Below are positions 8,801 to 17,800 of a stretch of 64,000 nt of DNA, in pieces. How positions within the stretch are numbered: position 1 is the stretch's first letter; each line of letters begins with the position of its first letter. The stretch lies in contig JBKAGE010000034.1 of the NCBI GenBank assembly GCA_046290225.1, positions 224,001 to 288,000 on the forward strand, read 5' to 3'. The notes beneath the pieces were generated by a model that saw only the letters and a program-made list of their open reading frames with translations, did not search any database and had not been told where the DNA came from. The DNA comes from Bradymonadia bacterium (GTDB lineage: Bacteria > Myxococcota_A > Bradymonadia > UBA7976 > UBA1532). A program made the translations under genes and the position numbers.

Positions 8801-11800
8801 GACCGAAGACGGGCAGTGTGGGTGAGTTCAGGGTGGCGCCCTCAGGGGGCAGCGTCACGGAGAGCTGCCGCGCGGGGATCTCCAAGTCCCCTGCGACGCC
8901 GGTCCGGGTGGTGAGCAGCGTCAGCAGCTCGCTGCGGCCGAAGTCCTCCATGGCCAGCCGCTGGGCGGGGCTGAGCTTCGGGGAGGCGGGCTTGACCTTC
9001 TCCGCCAGGGGCACCTCGGGCTCGGCGGGCTTCTTCGAAGCGCCGTTCGGATCGGTGCTCACCTTCTTGTAGTCGGTGTCCTTTGCAGACGCTTCGCCCT
9101 GAGCCGTCGTCTTGGGCGCTGTGCCATCGAGGGTGTCCACGGGGGCGACGATGAGGCCGCTGGGCTTCTTGGCGGTCTTGTTCTCGTTGTCGTCCCAGTC
9201 AGGCTCTCTCAGAGGCAATGGATCGAGGCTCTGGGGCACCCCGCTCTTGGGGGCTGCAGTGCTCTTGGGGGACGCAGGGCTCTTGGAGGCCGCAGGGCTC
9301 TTCTGCCCGTCGGCCCCCTTCGCATCGGGGGCCTTGGGGGCCTTCGGCGGGGCCACAAAGAACAGACCGCGGCCGCCATCGGGGCGGCGGATCTCCACCA
9401 GCAGCGCGCTGGCGCCCTTCACGGTGACCAGGCCGTCGATTTGCGGGCCGGTGGTCCCCTTGACCTCGCGCTGAGGCATGGGGCGGCCGTCGATGCGCAC
9501 GCCCCACTGGCCCTTGTTCTCGGGGATCGAGGTGGTGGTCTTGCCCACCTTGAGGAAACCCTCGGCGCTCTGGCCCACGGCGCCGTCTGCGTAGCGCACG
9601 GTGAGGCGGTAGCTGTAGAGGCCCGCTGACAGGCTGTCGTCTCCTGGGCTCGACCACACCACCTCGTCGTCCACCCGGCCTGCGCCGGCGGCTTCGTAGA
9701 GCCGCTTGCCGCTGGGCGTGAGCAGGATGAAGCGCCACTGATCCACTGGGGCCCGACCAGCCTTCAGCTTGAACGGGATGGGGGCCTTCAGGCTGCGGCC
9801 CTCGAGGGGTGCCGCTTCAGGTGCGCTCACCTTGACGTCGATGGCCCGGGGCTTCACCACGGCGCCACCGATGCGCAGGCCGTCGGGCACAGTGCCATCG
9901 ACGACGAGCTGTCGGCTGGCGAGCGGAGCTTGCTGGCGGCCGGGAGCAGGCCGGAGCACGAAGATGGAGCGCCGACCGTCGGGGCCCTGGAGCGCCACCT
10001 CCACCACGCCGTCTTCGGTGACGGGCACCACCAGGGCGAACCGGCCGTCCTCGCCGGGGGTGGCAGCTTGACCGTGGGCCTTGGCCCAGCTGGGCTGGGG
10101 TGTGCCCTTCACGAGGGACTCTGGGGGCTTCGCAGGACCATCGGGGATGATGCGGATCTCGACGCGCTCGTTCTTCCGGCGGTTGCGTCGGGAGAAGTTC
10201 GGCACCAGGGGCACATCGTTGCCCCGACCCTTGGCGCTTACCCGAGTCGGGTCAGGCAGCTGTGCCTTGAAGGCCGCCTCTACGAGGGCCGCCCGTTTGC
10301 CTGTGGCCTCGATGGCCTCGGGGGTGCCGGGCACGCCGGCGCTGTGCACCTCGACGGTGATCTTGCCCGGCCTGGCCTTGAGACCACCGGCCACCTCCGC
10401 CACGAGGCGCTCGCCTTCTTCGGTGAGCTTCAGCCGCCGGCCGCGGCCCTTGAAGAGATCGCCACGGAGGGTGCGCACGAGCTCAGGTGAGCCAGGACCC
10501 ATGGCGCCGACGCCGAAGCGGCCCACGGTGCTGGTGTACCGCTGCCCGTCGGGGGCGGCGAGCTCGAGGCGCCACTGGTACACGCCGCGATCGGTGAGCA
10601 TGGGCCGACCGTCGGGGCCGCGGAGATCCCACTCGATCTTCCGCGGCGGAGTGCCCTGCCCGCCCTTGACCTCGATCCAGGGGCCGTTCTCGGCGGCCAC
10701 CTTGAGCTGCCAGCGATCCGTCCCCGCCCCTGCAGGGACAGTGGGCCGGAACACGAGGGCGCCGAGGGCCCGACCACGGACCGAGTCGTATTTCAGATCG
10801 ATGACGCCGCCTTCGGACTTCTCTTTACGGCGACGCTTCTTCTTCTCGCTCACCTTCACCTTGATCTCAGGGGCGGCGAGCTGCTGTCGGCCATCGGTGA
10901 GGGTGTGGCGGAGCACGTCGCCAGTGACGACGAGGTACTGCTGACGCAACGCCTCGAGGGCCGCCTCCATCCCGCCGCGGTCCAGCTCCACCTCGGGATC
11001 GGTGACCGACTCACCCGGACACGTCACCCCGAAGCTCACCTTCGCGGGCAAGCCTCGGGTGAAGTTGATCACCCGGGTCTCATCCGTGGTGAGCACCGCC
11101 CCGGGCAGCAGGGTGTCGGTGTCGATCTTCACGGCGTGCACTCCGGGATCGAGATCCCGGAAGTGGAACATGCCGGCGCTGTCGGTGTTCGAGTACCAGC
11201 CATGGTCCATGTAGACCCGGGCACCGGGGAGACCCCGCTCCCCTTCTTGCTGCTTGCCATCGCCGTCGATGTCGCAGAAGACCCGGCCGAGCAACACACC
11301 CTGATCGAAGATCGGATCAGCGATCACCCGCACTGTGGCCCGAGCGACCCGAGTGACGGGCACCGAGCCGTCGGCGAGGACCACGGCGCGGTTGGTGTAC
11401 CGCTTCTTGGGTTTGGCGTTGGCCCCCACCACCATCTGGTAGCGCACGCGGATGTGCTCCCCAGCGGCGAGGTCGAAGGGCCGCAGCACTCGGCGGCCGT
11501 CTTCCTGGCGCACCACCCCGAAGCGCAGGATGTTCACGTCGTCCGGCCCGGGATCGTCGGCGCTCAGCGGGATCTCTCGGCCGCCGTCTACGCGGGTGAA
11601 GACCACCGAGCCCGCCACGTACTTGAAGCCCTTGGGGGTGATGTCCTGCAGGAACACGCCGCCGGTGCCTGTGGCGGGGTCGAAGAGCAGGCCCACGGGG
11701 CTGCGGTTCACGATGTCCACCTGGTAGGTGATCACGTCACCGACAGTGGCCGTCGGCTTGGTGGAGCGCTTCTCCAAATCAATGAGCGAGGACAGCGGAT

Positions 11801-14800
11801 CCACGGGGATGTGGTTGTTCAGATAGAGGTCGTCGGCGGTCTGCAGGTCGAAGCCCAGGAAGTAGGTGCGATCGGCATCCGGATCCACTGAGGGCACCGG
11901 ATCGGGCACCACGCGGCCCTCATCGTCGACGTCCTGTCGGGTGGCGATGCCCGGGGTGGCGGGCACGAGCACTGAGGGGCTCACGAAGCTTTGGCCCGGA
12001 GGTACCACCTCGACGATGTAGCGGCCAGGGACCTTGACGGCGAAGCGGTAGAGGCCACCGTTGGCCGTGCGCTGCCCCTGCTGACTCGGCGCTTCGAGAT
12101 CCTCAGGATCCACGAGCACGCGGCGGCTGAGGGACTCTGCGTCCAACACGTCGTCGTCTTCGAGATCCTCGTCGCGGTAGATGAAGATCTCCGCGCCGTC
12201 GATCAGATCACCGTCGACGCTGTTGTAGACGCGGCCCGAGGGGTCGATGGCCAGATCGGCGCTCAGCGTCTCCCCACCGGAAACCTCTACGTCGTCGATG
12301 ATCTTGAAGAGCACGTTGGAAGAGGTGAAGACCCGCACTCGGTAGGCCCCAGGGCGCAGTTCTGGCAGTTCGAATCGACCCTCGGCGTCGGTGATGGCCT
12401 CGGCAGCGGCCTCGCCGTCGGGATCGGACATCGGATAGACCGCCACCCGCATGTCGGCGAAGGCCTCGTCACCCTCCACTTGGAAACCCTGCTCGGTGTC
12501 GAGCTCCTGGAACACCACCCCCTCCACGGCGCCGAGGCGCAGCTCGGCGGTGATGCAGGCTCGGGGGCTGTTCACGGGGTCGAGATCGCGCAAGTCGACC
12601 CGAGCCTCGTTGCAGATTTGGCGAGAGCCGTCGAGCGCGGGATCTACGCGGGTGTCGATGAAGAACTGGACCTCCTGCCCGACCTGAAGAGTCTCGAGGA
12701 TGACCTGCGCCTGACCGCCAGCGAGCGCCCCTGCAGGGGGCCGGTCGAACTGAGTGCGGCCACCTGGAGGCACACCGTCGAAGCCCTCGAAGAGCAGCGA
12801 CTGCGGCAGATCATCGAAGACTTGCACCTGGCTGAGATCCTCGGTGCCGGTGTTCCGCACGATGATCTCGAAGCGCACGGGCTCGCCGATGTCGACCTGA
12901 TTGCCTTCGAGCCCGACGACCCGCTTGAAGATCTCTGCCTGTCGAACCGGGATCTCGCCCACAGGCACCACCGTGGGCTGGATGCCGTTGATGGGATCGT
13001 CGTCGGCGTCGCTGAGCAGGTCGAAGCCCACGGCCTGGGCCCGGGCCTGGTTCACCACGTCACGGGCCTCGGTCACCTCTGTGAGGAACTCCAGAGACCG
13101 GGTCTCGCCACCGGGTACGTCACCGAAGTCGGCGACGAGCTGGCCGTTGAAGACCGCGGCGTTGTCGGCATCGAGGGCGTCGGTCTGAGGCACGCCGTCG
13201 GCGCTGATGGAGCCTTCGACGTAGCGCACCCCGTCGGGGAACGGATCGTTGATGCGCACGGAGCGAGCCTCACCGAGGCCCAGGTTGGAGACCTCGAGCC
13301 GCCAGCGGATCACGTCGCCAACGAGGGCCTCGCGGCGATCTGGATCGTTCTCCAAGCGCCAGGTCTTCACGAAGCGGGACAGCTGAGGCCCACCGTCGAT
13401 GATGAAGCCCGTGGGATCAGGCCGTGCCGCCGTGGTGGGATCATCCGAGAGGGTGATCGTGTCGGAGGCGTCGGTGATGGAGCCCTGGTTGAGCACCTCG
13501 CTGCCCACGGGGGCGTCGGGGCGGACGCGCACGTCGAAGGTGATGGCCGTCGATGTGCCCGGCTGAAGCGCAGGCGGATCCCCGTCGATGGCGAGCAACA
13601 TGCCGGGGCCGAAGGGGGGCGCCCCGAAGATGTCGGAGAACGGCACCCCGTCGAGGCGGGTGCTCTCGGGGACGTAGTCCACCTGCGGGGGCAGGTTGTC
13701 GGTGAAGATCGGGTCGAAGACCGGCTCCACACCCACGTTCTGCACGATGAGCTGGTAGGTCACCACGGCACCGGGCACTCGCTCCCCTGAGGGCGGGCCG
13801 AGGATCTGCTTGATGAAGGCCAGCTGAGGCGGCGCCGAGACGACGAAGTCGGTGGGATCACCTGCGGCGGGGGTCGTGGGATCATCGGTCGGCGTGATGC
13901 GGCCCACCCCACCGACATCCACGAGGCCCTGGTTGCTCACCACCTCACCCGTAGGCACCAACGGCCGGATGCGGGCCCGTACGCTGAGGGTGACTGTAGC
14001 GCCGGGGGCGATGACCGCCAGCTCGGGGAACAGCTCTGGGGTCCAGTTCACCTGACCCAGGTCCGGGTCGAAGATCCCCCCTTCCCCAGGCACCACGTTG
14101 TCGAGGCGGAGGGTGTCGATGGGATCAGAGACGAGCACTCGGTCGACCGGCGTCTCCGAGGTGTTGGTGATCTCGATGGCGTACTGGACCTCGGCCCCGG
14201 GCACGAAACCCCCTGGGCCCACCGTCTGCACCGTCTTCGTCGCCGAGACCTCCGGGCGCACCACGATGAACCGCACCGGATCGTCGGGCTCCGGGGTGGT
14301 CGGATCATCACTGAGCAGGAACCGGGGCGAGCCCTCTTCGCTCACGGCGAACTGGTTCACCACCTCAGCGCCGTCTGCGGCGTTGGGGTTGATGCGGGCC
14401 CTGAGCAGCAGCTCACGAGTGGCCCCCGGGGCCAACGCTTCGAGGGACCAGCTGGCCACGCCATTCTCCACCTGGCCATCGACGGCGTTGGCGTTCACCA
14501 AATCGTCATCGATGGGATCGAGCACCTGGAGCGCCTCGGTGGCCTGGTTGCCGTCGTTGGCGAGGGTCAGCCGCCACGTGATGGCGTCACCGGGGTTGAA
14601 CGCCCCGCCGTTGTCGTCTTCCACGGCCTTGGTCAGGCGCAGCACCGCCCGGGCCACCACCTCGATGATGGTGGGATCGCCCACGGCGTCGGTGGACGGA
14701 TCGTCCGTCACCTGATCGGGCAGCCCCTGGGCCTGAACGGTGGCCTGATTCACCAGCGAGGTGCCGTCGGCAACGTCGGCGCCGATGGCCGTCGTCACCT

Positions 14801-17800
14801 CGATGACCACAGTCTCGTCGGCGCCGAGAGTGCCGAACGTCCAGATCGGGTTGCCATTGAGAATCTGCGCCGGCGGGTTCGACGACACCAGGGTCAGCCC
14901 CTCGGGCAACGGATCGGTGATGACCACCTGAGTGGCCTGTCGAGAGCCGGAGTTGGTCACCGAGATCGTGTAGATCAGGGTGTCGCCAGGGCCATACACC
15001 TGATCGCGGTCGACGGCCTTCGTGGCGCCGCGAAGATCAGGGCCGTCCACAACGGAAAACGAGGTGGCATCGGGCTGAGGGATCGTCGAAGGATCGTCAG
15101 AGCGCACCTCAGTGCCATCAGGCAGCTGAATGATGGCCTGATTGCTTACGGCCTGACCATCGGGCGTCTCCGGGCGCACTTGAGCCCGGAATGTCAGCTC
15201 CACAGCGGAGGCGTCGGGGGCCAGCACGCCGACAGGCCAGCGCAGGGTGCCGTTGATTACCCCCGCAGGGGGCGGCACATCCACCACCAGCAGCTCACCG
15301 GGGACTACATCGGAGACCTCGAAGGGCGCAGACACCCCATCACCGGTGTTTTCTACGCGGAGCGTGTAGTCCACCAGATCACCGGGTCGTACGGGGAAGC
15401 CTTCCACTGGGACCACCTGTTTGGTGAGGGCCAATGAGGCGGAGGCGGTCACCTGCACCGTGGTGGGATCGTCCACCGCGGCGGTGTTGGGATCATCGGT
15501 GGGGAACGGCTCCGCGGCGCCCTCAACCGAGGCGAAGGCCTGGTTGTCGATGGCCGTGCCGTCAGGGACCCCTGGCCGCACCGCGGCCACGAAGGCGATG
15601 GAGCGGTCTCCCCCAGGCAGAATCGCCGGGAAGGGCCAGAGGCGGCCATCGGGGCCGTCGATGGATCCGGGCGCGTCGACGAGCTCGAGGGTGTCGGGGA
15701 GCAGATCAGTCACCGACACGCCTCGGGCCACGGCATCGCCGGTGTTGGTCACCGTCACGGTGTAGCGCAGCTGATCTCCGGGCCTCACGTCGCCGCCGTT
15801 GAGATCTTCCACAGTCTTGGTGCTGCCGCTCAGATCGGCGCCGGCGATGACCTGCACCGTGGTGGGGTCGTTCTCTGGTGCCGTGTTCGGATCATCAGTG
15901 AGCACACGCTGATCATCGAACGTCACCACCCCCTGGTTCTCGATGCGGGTGCCGTTGTCGAGGGGCGCAGCGACACGGGCGGTGAAGACCTGCTCGACGC
16001 TGGTGTCCACGGCAACCTCGACGAGATCCCAGGTGAGGGTCTGACCATCGACGACAGCGCCGCCCGGAAGCTCCACGGTGAGGTTCGGATCGAGGACGTC
16101 GGTGAGCGTCACACCTGCAGCGTCAGCCCCGCCGGTGTTGCGCACCTCAAGGGTGTACTCCAGCACATCTCCCGGGCGCACCGGGGCGCCGTCGAGATCG
16201 CGCACGGTCTTGGTGGCCGTGAGCACGGGCCGGGCCTCGATGATGATCACCGTGGGATCATCGGGGGCCTCGGTGGTGGGATCATCCGTAGCCACCTCGT
16301 CGGGCAGCTCGGCGGCGGACAAGAAGGCCTGGTTCGGCAGCAGCGTGCCATCGGCGATGGGTCGTGGGGCCAGTCCGGTGAGCGTGAACTCGACCGAAGC
16401 CCCTGCCTCCAAGCGGTCGATGGTCCAACGGGCTTCGCCACCCACCACCTGGCCGCCCTGGGCCACCGGGTTGCCGAGCAGCGCCGAGAGCGGATCGCGC
16501 ACCACGACATCTGTCGCTGGAGCAGTGCCGGAGTTCACCACCTCCAGGGTGTAGGTCACGGGCTGCCCCGCCACCACGGTGCCCACAGGCTCCACCCGCT
16601 TGAGCGAGGTGGAGAGATCCGGGCGGCTCACCACCACCAGCACAGTGGGATCACCCGCTGCAGGTGTCGCCGGATCATCACTGAGGGCAGAGATGTCCCC
16701 CGCTGCGGCGGTGCCCTGGTTGCTCACCTGAGTGCCCTGGGGCGTGCCCTCGGCGATGGTGGCTTCGAAGGTGAAGATTGAAGGCGCCTCGCCGGGGATC
16801 AAGTCACCGCCCACCTCGAAGACGAGGGCGCCACCATCGAGTCGGCCGCCCGCTCCAGGGACGACATCGCTCAGCTCTGCCGGTAACGGATCAGTGACCA
16901 CGACACCCTCAGTAGGGGCGTCGCCGGTGTTCTCCACAGAGAGTACGTAGCGCACGCGATCGCCGGGTTGAGGATCGCCGCCGTTGAGATCTTCGACTGC
17001 TTTGGTCAGCGACAGCACAGGGGCCGACTGCACAGTGAAGATGGTGGGATCGCTCGGCGCGTCCGTGCCCGGATCGTCGCTCAGCACTGGGTCATCGGTG
17101 TTCCGGGCGACTCCAATGGCTTGATTTTCTACCTGTCGGGGCGCAAGCACGGGCTGCAGCGTGGCTGCCACCTCGAAGGTCGCTGAGGCCCCCACAGGCA
17201 GCTGGCGCAAGTCTGCAGAGTCGGTGCCGTCGAAGGTCACCGTGGAGCCCACCACCTGGCCGCCCACCGGACGGATGTCGCCAAAGACGCCCCCAGGCAA
17301 CGTGTCGGTGATGGACACATCGAGGGCCTCGGTGCTTCCGGTGTTGGTCACCGTGAAGGTGTACGTCACCTGCTCCCCAGGGCGGGCCACAGCGCGGTCC
17401 ACCGACTTGGTCAGCAGGAGGCGGGGCTGTGATCGCACCACCACCCGGGTGGGATCGTCCACAGCGGCGGTGGCGGGATCATCCGTGGGCACCGCGTCGC
17501 CGAGCTCGGCGGCGGAGACGAGGCCCTGGTTGTCGATGACGGTGTTGTCGGCGAGTACCGCAGGCAGCGTGGCGTCGAAACGCACCACCGCTTCGGCGCC
17601 CACCTGAACGGCCCCGACATTCCAGGTGATCTGGTTGGCCCCCGCGTCGAACACCCCACCATCCAGCGGGGTCACGTTGTCGAAGTCGAATGCGAGGCTG
17701 TCGGCGATCTGCACCGCCGTCGCCGGGCGGTTCCCCGTGTTGGGCACCGTGAGCGTGTACCGCAGGGTCTCGCCCGGGAGCGCCTGACCACCGAGGGGGG

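Noticed and set aside
6210..8825. 871-aa plus-strand ORF, and similar long ORFs at 11991-13790, 34891-37515, 37801-39312 and 59399-61276
   Set aside because: Antisense shadows of well-supported GC3-biased genes; no recognisable motifs
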